Source: Giardia intestinalis (Eukaryota). From it: a stretch of DNA of 64,000 bases. A program made the translations under genes and the position numbers. The stretch lies in the NCBI GenBank assembly GCA_000002435.2, contig CM018792.1, one strand, 5' to 3'. A model generated the notes under the pieces. The model ran no database searches. It worked only from the letters and a program-made list of their open reading frames with translations, and was not told where the DNA came from. This document shows, piece by piece, positions 30,020 through 41,100 of this stretch; positions within the stretch are counted from its first letter, which is position 1, and the number at the start of each line of letters is the position of its first letter.

Positions 30020-31588
30020 TTATGGATGCAGTGACGTATTTTCACTTTTCCGTGAGCGGTCCTTCTTTTTCCCACAGCAAAATATGTAGGACACCAAAGC
30101 AATCACTGCAACCAGAATCGGAATAAGTACAAATACAACTATGATACCATTGCTCCTGAGGAAGCTAGATGTCTGAGGGGGGTCAACATCCAAAGCATGC
30201 TCATTCCCTCGCTGAAGAATGTCAGTCCAGACGTTGTCTTCAAGTGTGGGTGCTCTATTGGCATACAATTGATTCGCGTCTTTTCCTTTTAAGGGGAAAT
30301 ACTTTGGTATTTCTGAGTACAGTTCCTGTTCGGTGCACAGTGAGTTCTTCCCGATTGGAGCGTAGAAGTGGCCTTTGCTGCCCCAGTCATCGCCCCAGGA
30401 GTTGCGAACGATCCAGACGTCAATTCCGTTCCGTTTTCCGTACCCTACTATCGTTACTTGATGATCTATAGTCGTATTTTTGCAAGGAACATCAAGAATG
30501 CCTGACTTGTAAGTATGTAGAATCGCTTCAGTTTCTTCTTTTCCATTAGAAATAGTGTTCACAGTAATGACAATGGGGATTCCGCGTGCAAGGAGAGACT
30601 TTGCAACCTTAACGGCGTTCTTAAAGCTATTCTTCTCGAGATATTTGTCATAAACACGAATAAGAGCTGTCTGACAATTAGCCGCAGGTACTATGTTACC
30701 AGGAAGAAACGCTTTTTTAACCTTCATTGATGTGCTGTTCTCTATGCTAGAAGGATTAGCGGATAAATTAACGGCGGTTAAGGGAAAGTTGGTCAACGAC
30801 TCAAGCGTATCTAACCCTTGTTGGTTAGCATAGTCACGAGAAACTCTTAGATAATTACCACCTTCGCAATAATGATTGGCTGGATATGACCTGTTCATGA
30901 TGTACTGCTCTGAAGCCTTGAAGTGAGGGTCCTTGAAGGCATCGTCAATGGTGGAGTCTGACTGAAAGTAATTTCTGGTCAGTCGGACCGATATTTCATA
31001 GAACGCAGCAGAAGCCATTGCCCAGCAGCAGCCACAAGAACCCTGATCTCTAGCTAGATCGATCAAGCCGAGTTCTCGCAAGTCGACAGATGGGGGGAGA
31101 GAAGACAGTGTAGTCAGGGGATTCTTGCGAGAGAAGGCAAATGTCTTGCAATCATAGTTACTCCTCTGAGAGTTCGCAGAAGTAGAGCGACTAAGTTTGA
31201 GCAAGAGCCGCTTGACCGAGAAGGAGAACCGGCGCCAGGGGGTGCTTAGATCAATCATGTCAGCAGGATCAATCGGCACGTACCCATTCTGGCTGATATC
31301 GCGGTTAAGAGTGGGGTTGAGGCCGTATTTAACTGACCCCTCTGTGCGCTCGAGAATGTTGCGGAGGTGACTGAGGTTCTGCGCGTGGCCAGCCCCAAGA
31401 AGAGCCAGATTCTTGCGAAAGTGCTCCAGCGCCGTCTCATACTCCTCAGCGGACCTGTAGAAGTGGGCAAAGTGTGCGTTAAACTCGTCAAAGAGGGTAG
31501 CATCCCCGCGTAGACTATCGATATTTTCGACGCGAGCAAAGGAAACTCCTAGCCAAAAGATTGTTGTGGCACAAAGCATCGACACCAT
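30020..31588 (-). CDS. papain-family (C1A) cysteine protease, cathepsin-like, with C-terminal transmembrane anchor
   Basis: A signal peptide and an I29-like propeptide (EFNAHFAHFYRSAEEYETALEHFRKNL) are present. The catalytic residues sit in QGSCGCCWAMAS (Cys), IDHQVTIVGYG (His) and WIVRNSWGDDWG (Asn). A C-terminal extension ends in the hydrophobic stretch IIVVFVLIPILVAVIALVSYIF followed by CCGKKKD. Confidence 0.85.
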   Translation of the reverse strand: MVSMLCATTIFWLGVSFARVENIDSLRGDATLFDEFNAHFAHFYRSAEEYETALEHFRKNLALLGAGHAQNLSHLRNILERTEGSVKYGLNPTLNRDISQNGYVPIDPADMIDLSTPWRRFSFSVKRLLLKLSRSTSANSQRSNYDCKTFAFSRKNPLTTLSSLPPSVDLRELGLIDLARDQGSCGCCWAMASAAFYEISVRLTRNYFQSDSTIDDAFKDPHFKASEQYIMNRSYPANHYCEGGNYLRVSRDYANQQGLDTLESLTNFPLTAVNLSANPSSIENSTSMKVKKAFLPGNIVPAANCQTALIRVYDKYLEKNSFKNAVKVAKSLLARGIPIVITVNTISNGKEETEAILHTYKSGILDVPCKNTTIDHQVTIVGYGKRNGIDVWIVRNSWGDDWGSKGHFYAPIGKNSLCTEQELYSEIPKYFPLKGKDANQLYANRAPTLEDNVWTDILQRGNEHALDVDPPQTSSFLRSNGIIVVFVLIPILVAVIALVSYIFCCGKKKDRSRKSENTSLHP

Positions 31589-32587
31589 AGCACGCTATCT
31601 TTAAAAGTTGTGCAAATTTTACACTTGCTTATAATTGTAAATATAAGCATTTCTTTAATTGTACTGTAAAAGAAGATTTATCGGAAACAGAGCACAGTGG
31701 GGTCAAGGAGACGCACAATCAGAGTGGTCATATTTCCTGCAATATTCCATTTTTCCAAGAAAAATCTTGACCAAAACAATGAAGACTGACGTGTAGATAG
31801 ATCGATTGGAGATTGGGGCCGTTGCAAATCATCACGTGAGCAGAAGCGTGAAGAAGACGTTCCGCTTTCGACAAGTGCAGATTAAAAAAGTCAGGCAGAT
31901 AGGACCTTTTTGCTGCTTACGTGCTCAGGCTCATGGCTATCAGTTTTCTATGTTACACATCTATCGATGGGCGTATAAAGAGGCTACAATTGGTTTCAAA
32001 TCAATATTTTTCACAAGAAAAGTCTGTTTTCAATAACGCATGCAAATCTTGAGGATTGGTCTCGACGCTATAGACTCTTCGCTAGTTACTACTTACCTTA
32101 CTACAGTGGTCGCAAAGATCCTCCAAGATCACACAACACGCTGCCTCTCTACCAGGGTCGTTACACTGCAAACGATGGACTCTTAATACATAAGTACTGG
32201 ACATGATAACTAGTTAGATATCATGCAGGTGGAGTGCCGCTATGTCCCCAAGCTTGCTTTCTCGACGGACCCGTGTCCGGCATGCCCGTCACAGTGCGAC
32301 AGCTGCTCTGGTTTAACCTTTCATCTTTCAAGGGAGGAGCTCGGTGTCATTACTTTATAGTCCATTCTTGTAAACGCATAGCAAAGTAGTAATCATCCCA
32401 GAGAAAACGGACACACCTCTTACTTCGACTAGCCGCTGTATGGTGCTTTTTTTGGCACTACTGGTGCCCAGGCTGCTAGCCACCTGTTATCAACGAGTAA
32501 TTACTACTAGTCATAACAGATAGTCAATGCAGAGAAATGCTTGGAAAGTTCAAACAAGTTTAAAAATACAAAGCCGTCCGTGTGCCC

Positions 32588-34219
32588 ATGCTCTTTGGAA
32601 TCCTTTTGTTGATTTGTGGCATAGCAGAGAACGCCCATCCAGATGGAAGGGACCTACACATTCCACAAAAGTACTCTATGAAGGGCCACTTTGACGTTGT
32701 CTTTGGGTCCGTCAGCCAACCGCTTGAAGTGAAGATGGACACGGCCGCCCATCGTCAAGTTATTTCTTTCTTCGATGGGCTGCATAGCACCCTGGTCCGC
32801 GACACATTTTATGCCTACGTTTATACGCGCAAGACAGGCCACAGTTGTATGAGCTACAATGCGCCTGCCTTTCTCAGACCAGCACTAACAGACATGCTGC
32901 CAGCACTAGCCGATTTTAGCTTCGTTGAAGAGGTCGTTGAGAATGGAATGACCCTGTATCACTACGCCTATGAGCAGGTTTTGCGGCCTTCTGAGGACTA
33001 CAATGGCACATTTACGTATAGTCGCACCGATCATCAGGACTTTTACTGTCTTCCGCTGAACTTTGTGGATGGAAAGCTTTACTGTCAGCCTAGACGTTGG
33101 GAGATGCATGGATACAATCAATGGACAGGCTCACACTTCGACTTCTACGTTCTCAGTTATGATGCATTCGACATCGATCCACTCTTCACTGATGCAGACT
33201 TTTCTACTCCCGAGTCCTGCAGTGGGAGGAATTCTGCCACGGACTTCCATCCTCGCAGCTTTATTGAGGACATATTTACCAACTTCCGAGAGCCGCATGG
33301 TAGCGACGATCAGCATGACAATATTCGTCTGAATCCGTCGCATACCTTTACTGTATCGCGCACACGGATGTCAGAAACAGATTTTGAGCTGTTTCTGCGC
33401 ACCAGGACAGGCCTTGTCCGTAAAACAGTGGAGCAGGAAAGGATTGCCAGGGAGACTCAGTACTTCTACGAGGATATTCCCGAGCACAGTGACACGTGGT
33501 ACTATTCTGAAGAGAACCAGAAGCGAGTTCAATTCCCTCGCCAGCTCGATTGGCGCGTGCGAGGGGTCATTACACCTGTCAAGGACCAGGCTGCGTGTGG
33601 GTCTTGCTGGTCGTTCGGTGCTGCAGGAACCATAGAGGGGCGCCTCAACGCGCTTAAGTGGAAGCGTGGAGAGCGTGATACCCCGCTTCTGCGTGTGTCT
33701 GAGCAGTCCATCATCTCCTGTGTCTGGAACGAGGACAACAACGGCTGCAATGGAGGGCTTACTTACGAAGCGCTTACCGCGTACATCAACGAGTTTTCTG
33801 GGCGGATTGCGTACGAGATGGACTCTCCGTATCTCGGCGTAGAGTCTCTTTGTAACGAAAGCATCTTCACGTCAGACCATGGGCGCATACGCGGGGTAGC
33901 CCATGTCAAGGAGTACGACATCGGAGCTATGAAGTATGCGCTTCTAAGCGGGCCTGTCTCCATCGCTGTGGCCGTCACGGAGACCTTCTCCTGGTATAGC
34001 GGGGGTGTCTTTAACGACCCTGCCTGTGCAAGTGGCGTCGACGATTTGGCCCACGCTGTTCTACTCGTCGGCTGGGGGACCGATGAGGTTGCAGGGGATT
34101 ACTGGATTGTCCGCAATAGCTGGTCTAACGCATGGGGCATTGACGGCTATATGTACCTTAGCATGAAGAATAATATTTGTGGCGTCCTCACATGTGCAGA
34201 CTACGTGATGGTTGAGTAA
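32588..34219 (+). CDS. papain-family cysteine protease with ~320-aa N-terminal extension (cathepsin L/C-like), paralog 1
   Basis: ATG at 32588 (MLFGILLLICG is signal-like); the track start is GTG. The catalytic region is LDWRVRGVITPVKDQAACGSCWSFGA, DDLAHAVLLVGWG and WIVRNSWSNAWG. AGTAAAT overlaps the stop. Confidence 0.85.
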   Translation: MLFGILLLICGIAENAHPDGRDLHIPQKYSMKGHFDVVFGSVSQPLEVKMDTAAHRQVISFFDGLHSTLVRDTFYAYVYTRKTGHSCMSYNAPAFLRPALTDMLPALADFSFVEEVVENGMTLYHYAYEQVLRPSEDYNGTFTYSRTDHQDFYCLPLNFVDGKLYCQPRRWEMHGYNQWTGSHFDFYVLSYDAFDIDPLFTDADFSTPESCSGRNSATDFHPRSFIEDIFTNFREPHGSDDQHDNIRLNPSHTFTVSRTRMSETDFELFLRTRTGLVRKTVEQERIARETQYFYEDIPEHSDTWYYSEENQKRVQFPRQLDWRVRGVITPVKDQAACGSCWSFGAAGTIEGRLNALKWKRGERDTPLLRVSEQSIISCVWNEDNNGCNGGLTYEALTAYINEFSGRIAYEMDSPYLGVESLCNESIFTSDHGRIRGVAHVKEYDIGAMKYALLSGPVSIAVAVTETFSWYSGGVFNDPACASGVDDLAHAVLLVGWGTDEVAGDYWIVRNSWSNAWGIDGYMYLSMKNNICGVLTCADYVMVE

Positions 34220-34282
34220 ATTGCCCGGGTTGGTGAATGTGCTCTGGCCTTGGTCAAAAAATGTCCTTGCCAAGTCATAAAA

Positions 34283-36016
34283 ATGAAGACACTGGCTTTG
34301 CTTCTTTCTGCAGCAGCCTGGTCCATCCCCAGCACGCCCACTATTTACAAATGCAAGGCAACATTTAGGGCACCCTATGGCAATAACACGCAACACTTTG
34401 AGGTTGCTTTTGATCTGTCCCAGAATCGGGAGAGAACAAGCTTCTACAACAAAGATGGAACTTTAATAGATCAGGAAATTATCAACTATGACCACTACTA
34501 TAATATCCGCACGGAGCGTAACAGAACCGCTTGCTACAAGTCAACCCCGCCCTCTAATATGGCAAAGCCGGTTAGAACAGGTAACCCCCGTCCTCTATCC
34601 TATCTTGTTCCCACTCTCACCAATGATTGGGTCGACATGGGGACAGCCATTGTTAATGGCCGCTATGTTAACCACTACAGACTTAACGGAATCGATGAGG
34701 CTCAATCAGATCTTCACACGTACATCAGCACACGTGCCTTTCAGCAAGATTTTTACTGCTATAAGGACGAGTCGGTCTGCATTCCTGTAAGATGGACGAT
34801 GCGCTCGATTTCCGCATTTGGTTCTCACTTTGATCTTTATAGCCTTGACTACACTGCTTGCACAACAGAAGTCGAAGACTCTGATTTCGCAGAGCCGTTT
34901 ATCTGTAAGTTCATAGAGGATCCCGACTGGGATAACTGGGACAATGACCCAGACAACCCAGTCGGTCCTACATTTGAAGCCCTTAAACGTATTTTTGGCG
35001 GCAACACGCTTACTCGTCTTCTCTCAGCATTCTCTAGACAGAGTTCTCCCAAAGAACTTTCTAATGACCACGCGACTGCTTTGAAGGCGAACGTGGAACT
35101 CATAGCCAAAATCAATAGCAACAGCAGCTATACATTTACAGCAGCGCCAAACCATTTCAGCCATATTGACATACAGACAGCTCTATCGGCGTTAACTGGC
35201 TTCAGACGCACTAAGAGGAGGATTGAAAATGGCAGAAACTACATACAGAGCAGCAGTGGCGAATGGCATGACGTTCCTCTTTTTGACGCAGATCATCTGA
35301 AGAATGAAGACCTTCCACAGGAACTTGACTGGAGGGTTCGGGGTATCATGAACATGGCAAAGGATCAGGTGGCTTGTGGATCTTGTTGGACCTTCGGAGC
35401 CATTGGTACCATTGAGGGACGCATAAACAAGCTTCGTGTCGTTGAGGAGGGTCTGCGACACGAGCCTCTAAAGGCATACTCCGAGCAATCTATCGTAGAC
35501 TGCTACTGGGGATTTGGATCGTTCGGCTGTGATGGTGGGGACACCCTTGCAGCTCTCAAGTGGCTAGTCGAGAACAATGGAGGTCGAGTCGCATTCGAGT
35601 CGGAATATCCATACCTTGGGCAAAATGATCTATGCAAAGAGGCTCTCTTTGATCACGAATCGTTCTATTTCGTCACAGGTTATAGCGCAGTAAAGCAGTA
35701 TTCCATTCCAAGCCTCAAGGCAGCGCTCCAGGACGGACCTGTGGCAGTTTCTATTGGTATTACAGAGTCTCTGTTATTTTACTCTGGTGGTGTCTATAAC
35801 GATCCCGCGTGCCCATACAAGTACGACGACCTTTCACACGCCGTTCTTGCTGTTGGTTATGGGACAGACGACACTTACGGAGACTACTGGATCGTTCGGA
35901 ACAGCTGGTCGCCACTTTGGGGGATGGATGGCTACTTCTACCTTTCAATGAAGGACAACATCTGTGGAATCCTCACCGACGCCAGCTACGCGGTAGTTAA
36001 CAAAAGAAAAAGCTAA
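34283..36016 (+). CDS. papain-family cysteine protease with ~320-aa N-terminal extension, paralog 2 (tandem duplicate)
   Basis: ATG at 34283 (MKTLALLLSAAAWS is signal-like) with the cataaaaATG context. The catalytic region is LDWRVRGIMNMAKDQVACGSCWTFGA, LSHAVLAVGYG and WIVRNSWSPLWG. The N-extension shares QDFYC…RW…GSHFD.Y.L.Y with paralog 1. AGTAAAT follows the stop. Confidence 0.85.
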   Translation: MKTLALLLSAAAWSIPSTPTIYKCKATFRAPYGNNTQHFEVAFDLSQNRERTSFYNKDGTLIDQEIINYDHYYNIRTERNRTACYKSTPPSNMAKPVRTGNPRPLSYLVPTLTNDWVDMGTAIVNGRYVNHYRLNGIDEAQSDLHTYISTRAFQQDFYCYKDESVCIPVRWTMRSISAFGSHFDLYSLDYTACTTEVEDSDFAEPFICKFIEDPDWDNWDNDPDNPVGPTFEALKRIFGGNTLTRLLSAFSRQSSPKELSNDHATALKANVELIAKINSNSSYTFTAAPNHFSHIDIQTALSALTGFRRTKRRIENGRNYIQSSSGEWHDVPLFDADHLKNEDLPQELDWRVRGIMNMAKDQVACGSCWTFGAIGTIEGRINKLRVVEEGLRHEPLKAYSEQSIVDCYWGFGSFGCDGGDTLAALKWLVENNGGRVAFESEYPYLGQNDLCKEALFDHESFYFVTGYSAVKQYSIPSLKAALQDGPVAVSIGITESLLFYSGGVYNDPACPYKYDDLSHAVLAVGYGTDDTYGDYWIVRNSWSPLWGMDGYFYLSMKDNICGILTDASYAVVNKRKS

Positions 36017-36086
36017 AGTAAATTCTGTGGACGCTGTCTAATTAGTGCAATCAGGTGACTTGGTGGCGTGGTCTGAAACTTAAAAA

Positions 36087-36725
36087 ATGGCCAGTCCTAA
36101 TCACGAGTATCTCTTCAAGCTTTTGGTCATTGGAGACTCTGGAGTGGGCAAATCCGCTCTTCTTCTGCGCCTGTGTGATAAGATCTTTAATGCGTCGTAC
36201 ATTACGACGATAGGTGTAGACTTCAAGGTCAAATCGCTAAATATAAAGGACAACACTGTTAAATTACAAATATGGGACACGGCCGGCCAAGAGAAGTTCC
36301 GGACCATTACTTCTACGTACTACCGGGGGGCGCATGGGATCATGGTTGTCTACGATGTCACTTCTCGAGAATCATTTGACAATGTGAAGACATGGCTGAA
36401 GGAGATTGCAAACAACGCTAGCGATAACGTTGTAAAGTATATTATAGGTTCAAAGAAGGACCTTCGCGATAGTGCGGGTTCCATCAATGCTTCGCACGTC
36501 TCCACAGAAGAGGGGAGGAAATTCGCTGAAGAGCTGGGGATCTCTTTCATCGAAACGTCGTCCAAATCCGGAGAGAATGTTGAGCAGGCCTTTGTGGACT
36601 TGGCCGTTCGCATTATTGAGACCCAGGGCACGACTGCTCAAGGCGGCGGACGCGTTATAAACAATCCTGCAGTGGTATCTCTGTCCGACCCAGCAACTAA
36701 GAAGGACAGCAAGGGGTGCTGCTGA
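36087..36725 (+). CDS. Rab1-like small GTPase
   Basis: LFKLLVIGDSGVGKSALLLR, YITTIGVDFKVK, WDTAGQEKFRTITSTYYRGAHGIMVVYDV and the prenylation C-terminus GCC are present. The context is aaaaaATG. Confidence 0.9.
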   Translation: MASPNHEYLFKLLVIGDSGVGKSALLLRLCDKIFNASYITTIGVDFKVKSLNIKDNTVKLQIWDTAGQEKFRTITSTYYRGAHGIMVVYDVTSRESFDNVKTWLKEIANNASDNVVKYIIGSKKDLRDSAGSINASHVSTEEGRKFAEELGISFIETSSKSGENVEQAFVDLAVRIIETQGTTAQGGGRVINNPAVVSLSDPATKKDSKGCC

Positions 36726-36780
36726 TCTCTGACCTGTTTGTGCCTTGATAATATGGTGCCTCGAAATAAATTGTTCATTG

Positions 36781-37698
36781 ATGTTTGCATCGTTTGCGGT
36801 GAGCTTGGACGATGGAAGCAGCCTAAATGGCCCCGGGCTCTCCCTCTCCATGCGGCTGAAGCGAGCTGAGGGTAATCAGCTGAGAGTAGAGCTCGAATCC
36901 TCTGCCGCACTGACCTCTTGTGAATGCCGGATCAACGAGCCTGAAATGCGGCGTTTAACACACTCCATGCTACCAGAAATGTTAAACCCCAGTTCTGCTT
37001 CCATTGCAGGCTCACAACTTACGAGTTCAGCCTATTTTTCTCCAAAGCCTCTTCAGTTGCATGTGAGTAGGCCTTCTGCATACTCTGAGCCCCCAGAACA
37101 GACAGTTATCTCTCCGCCAATGATAGTGCAGCAGTCATCGTGCGAGCCGGAGCTGTCGTCGGTCTCAAAGCTTGCCGCAGTCTCATCAACTAATGAGCTA
37201 AGTAAGTGCTTCCAATCAGTGGCAAATTCAAGACTTCCACTACCGGGGCCACCTCCTTCGCAAAAGCAACAAGCACCCCCGCTCCTGTCGCCAACCTCCA
37301 GCAAGTCAAGTGAGTCAAGTGATGATACAAGCAATAGCATTAACAGCAGCACCTCCTCTGATATGAAATCACGTTCTCGCTCAGCTTCTCTTCCTCCGAC
37401 TGGACTTCAGGCAAACCCACAACCAGAACAACATCAAGCTTCTACCAACCGACAAGCTGCTGGAAGTGATACTAGTGATAGCGACGACAGTGATAATAAC
37501 ACTAGTAGCGCAGTTAGCGCATTGCTACAGAGGGCAGCCATGCCATATGCGGGTCCAAAGAAGCTGGATGTGAAGCAGGGCATTGATTTCAAGAAACAGC
37601 GCGAGAAGCTGTCTCAGGCATCCAGCTTGCCACTAGAGGCTTTGATGTCAGCAGATTTTATGAGTGCAGCCGTTTCCATGGCCAAGCAAAATACCTGA
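36781..37698 (+). CDS. hypothetical Ser-rich low-complexity protein
   Basis: The track ORF starts with TTG near 36745, and the first in-frame ATG is at ~36781. The sequence is very Ser/Pro-rich. Real coding status is uncertain. Confidence 0.3.
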   Translation: MFASFAVSLDDGSSLNGPGLSLSMRLKRAEGNQLRVELESSAALTSCECRINEPEMRRLTHSMLPEMLNPSSASIAGSQLTSSAYFSPKPLQLHVSRPSAYSEPPEQTVISPPMIVQQSSCEPELSSVSKLAAVSSTNELSKCFQSVANSRLPLPGPPPSQKQQAPPLLSPTSSKSSESSDDTSNSINSSTSSDMKSRSRSASLPPTGLQANPQPEQHQASTNRQAAGSDTSDSDDSDNNTSSAVSALLQRAAMPYAGPKKLDVKQGIDFKKQREKLSQASSLPLEALMSADFMSAAVSMAKQNT

Positions 37699-37756
37699 GT
37701 TACTACTCAGCTTGCGAAGACTACGAACGTGCATATTTACTATGAATAAAATTAAA

Positions 37757-38131
37757 ATGATGGCAAACAATCCTGAGCTGGACATGTATGATAGCTGGTT
37801 TTTAAAGGTGGGAGACGCACCCATAGAGGCTCACAACATGGCTGATCTGTCCTTCACCCTTCAGCAGATAGCTGAGTTACTCAAAGACCGTACAACGGCT
37901 ATATCTCAGGGCTTTATCAATGGCACACAAAACTACAATATCTTCTATTACGACACTTGGGATAATAATAGACGGATAGTTACAGGACGATCTCATGATT
38001 TCAGTGTAGGCCTTTGCTTGGTGGAGGATCCGTCTCTCAATGCCATCTTTTTGGGACTGTTCGCATACCCTATTTTGGTAAGCGAGGCCACGCGCCAAGC
38101 TCTTCTTATTCTAGACCTGTGTGCTTCTTAA
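37757..38131 (+). CDS. small hypothetical protein (~124 aa)
   Basis: The probable start is aaaattaaaATGATG. The composition is compact and globular-looking. The 3' end overlaps the helicase gene end convergently. No confident homology was found. Confidence 0.4.
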   Translation: MMANNPELDMYDSWFLKVGDAPIEAHNMADLSFTLQQIAELLKDRTTAISQGFINGTQNYNIFYYDTWDNNRRIVTGRSHDFSVGLCLVEDPSLNAIFLGLFAYPILVSEATRQALLILDLCAS

Positions 38132-41100
38132 CTCAAAAACCATTGGTTCATTGAGCGACAACTCTGATAGATCTATTGTGATCTCTTTGTCCATTCCCAA
38201 GAAGCAATCGGACAATGCGCTGATGCAAAGAGAGGAGACGAACGGAATTATAAACTCCTGTGAGCGTTCTCTTGCAAACCCAGAGAGCCTTTTGTAGTCA
38301 ATCACTGTATCCGTCTCCGACTCAGATAGCACAAGGAACCATGTATGTGGCTTAGACTTCTTGTAGACTTCTGAGGAAAACTGCTGGGGAAACGGACTAG
38401 CTTGTATGCTGGATACGTGCTTGAGAGATATAATAACGCAAACAAACTTTCCAGTATGTTTAGACTTGTCTGGAATATTTGCTGGTCGGTTTATACGCGT
38501 TATCGTCGCTCTAATAATTAGATTAGGATATTTCATAAGCTCCTCACATAATTCTTTTCGCTGTATGCCTGAGAGTAGCTGATGTTTTCCTAGAAACTCA
38601 GTTAGCTGTTTCCTGCCCAGCTTGTGGAACTCGTCCACTAATTGTTGTAGTGTACTAATGCCGTTGGCACTTAACTTTTGAAATGTTTTCTTATTACTCT
38701 GCAGTGCATTACGCAATGAAGAAATAGAGAGCATAGGCTCCATGTTAGGCCACAGACCTTGCACAAGTCCCTGGGAAAGCTGCACCACTGTCTGTACAAT
38801 GCTGCGCGAGAGGCGCTTTGCTAACGCTATTTCTACGGTTGCAACCGTTATGCGGATTGCTGCATCAATGATGGTCACTAAGTCCAACCAGTAATCAACC
38901 ACTGGAAGCTCAAATGCTCCCTGCAACGATGAGCGCACAAGTTGTGCTTGAAGAAGAATGTGTGCTTTAAAGCTGGGCTCTGTGCATGTTATGTCGTCAG
39001 GCATGTTGTACCGTATTAGAGCACCAGAGAATTCTCGCTTGCCGTCCCAGAGATATTTTTGGAGAAGCAGAGCTGAATCCCGATCTTCGTTATGTCTAAT
39101 GGGTATTTCCTGGAACTCCTCGCACCGCACCAGCATGTCAAGATACGATTGCAGCGTGTGTGTCTCGCCTGTAAGCCAGGTATTAATAAGAGCTCCTGAT
39201 CTGGTACGGATATAATAGCGAGAGACAATCTCTCCTAATGGAGTCGGGACAGCCAGGATGTTTTTCACTTTGACATCAATATCCTGAAAATATAGACGTG
39301 TGGGTGTGTCCTGGGCCTTGGGAGGCTTTTTGTGTAGTGAAATGAACTTGTTATCTGACAGTTCAAGAAGAGCAGTTTCTATCCATGCATAGATTTCTTG
39401 CGTTATTATGAAGTCTCGCAAAGTTTTTCTATTTGCCAGCTTGATGAGATAAACTCCTGTTCTGCAGAATAGTTTAGAGTCACGGCGTGAGACAAGTCTG
39501 TGGTCATCAACTGAAGATATGCCTAGATATAGCCGGAAGGCGGCTTCCATCTCTTGTAGTTCTCTCGTGGGAGTGTAGCTTGTGTCCTCGAAGTCGGCCT
39601 TCTCTAGCATCTCCTGTAAGTTTTCTACTAGCGGATCTGGAAATATATTGTAGAACAGTGGATTGCGTCTGGCGCGAATGTATAGGAAGCTATTTTGGAG
39701 CCAATTTCGCAGTTCAAACATGGTTCTAGATCCAAAGGATGCCACTTCTGCATTGATTATATCAGGAAAGTGTGTTGTCTGGTGCTTAATGTTTGTTGCC
39801 TTTTTCTTCATCATAGCAGCTACAATAGGCGAGGTGTTTGTACAACTTATCATGGAGCTCTCGAAAGGAAAGGGCTCGGAGAAGAATTGCTTGTAGAACT
39901 CCTTCATACAAGTTTTGCAGAAGATGAAGCACACTGATTGAGGCTCACTTTGGAGTTGGAGCTCTATTCCGTTAATAACATCTCGCACAATGTCCTTGCC
40001 CATGTTCTGAATAGAAGGAGCCTGCTCTGTAAAACGCGTTAGTCCATCGACCACCGCTTCCTTGTTTGGAAATCGCCCTCCAGAGCTCATAATGTATGCC
40101 TGATCAATTATTTTATTACTCACGAGATAGTCGAAAGCATCCTCTCCAAATATTCCCGTTGCAAACTTGTCCCTAAGACGGTCGAGGGTATACTGGGGGC
40201 GTCCTGCACGTCCGGCCATTTGGATAATATCTGTCGTATCATAGTCAACATATCTACTGACAGTGCCGTCAAAGTACTCACAGCCCTTGATTATGGTCAT
40301 AAAGGCAGGAAGATTGAGTCCCCAAGCCAGAGTACTCGTCGCTACAAGAATGGATATTTTTCGGTTCAGGTACAGCTTTTCTACGGCGGTCCTGTCTGCG
40401 TGGGTCATCCCAGCATGGTGGAGACCAACCCCGTGGCCTATAGTAAGCTTACAGTCAGGGTCTTGCACAAAGCTCTGCAAGTACTCACAGTTAGACCCAT
40501 CAGAGCGCAGACACGGAGGCGCAGAGGAATCCATCTCTGCAAAGGAAATCAGTGCCATTGCAGTTCGTCTAGTTTGTCTGCGAGATGCCACAAATATCAA
40601 TACAGGAAGTCTGGGACTATACTTCTTAATGGCTGTATAGATCGGTCTGTTCATGGTGGTCATTCGCGGGGAGTAGTGCCAACCGGGGAAGCCTTGAATG
40701 TGCGTCTCAAGTTTCACGGGCCGTGCAGCACTGTTGAAATTAAAGATCCCGCTGATATCCTTTACGTTAAGCCAGCGTGCCAGGTCGCCGGTATTAGCAG
40801 AGACTGTCGAAAGAGCTATTATCCGTAGCTGAGATGGCTGGTCACTTACTCCACGATCCAGCGCTAATAGCTCCGACAAGTAGCGCATTCTGCAGATTAT
40901 GGACTCTAATACGTAGCCACGGGTTGTTCCCACAAGGTGTAGCTCGTCGAAGATCATGAGGCCAATCATTTGTATGTATTTTTTCCACTGCCACTGGCGT
41001 GAAATGGCATCAAACTTCTCTGGAGTTGCTAGTATAATATCGGCACGGTAAAGAGCCGAGGCAGCTGGTAGCGACTCGCCCGTGATCTCCATGACAGAGA

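Noticed and set aside
36450-36910. Minus-strand ORFs 36450..36851 and 36638..36910 downstream of Rab1.
   Set aside because: They overlap the Rab1 3' end and the Ser-rich + ORF. No start context or protein-like character was found, so they are likely non-coding.
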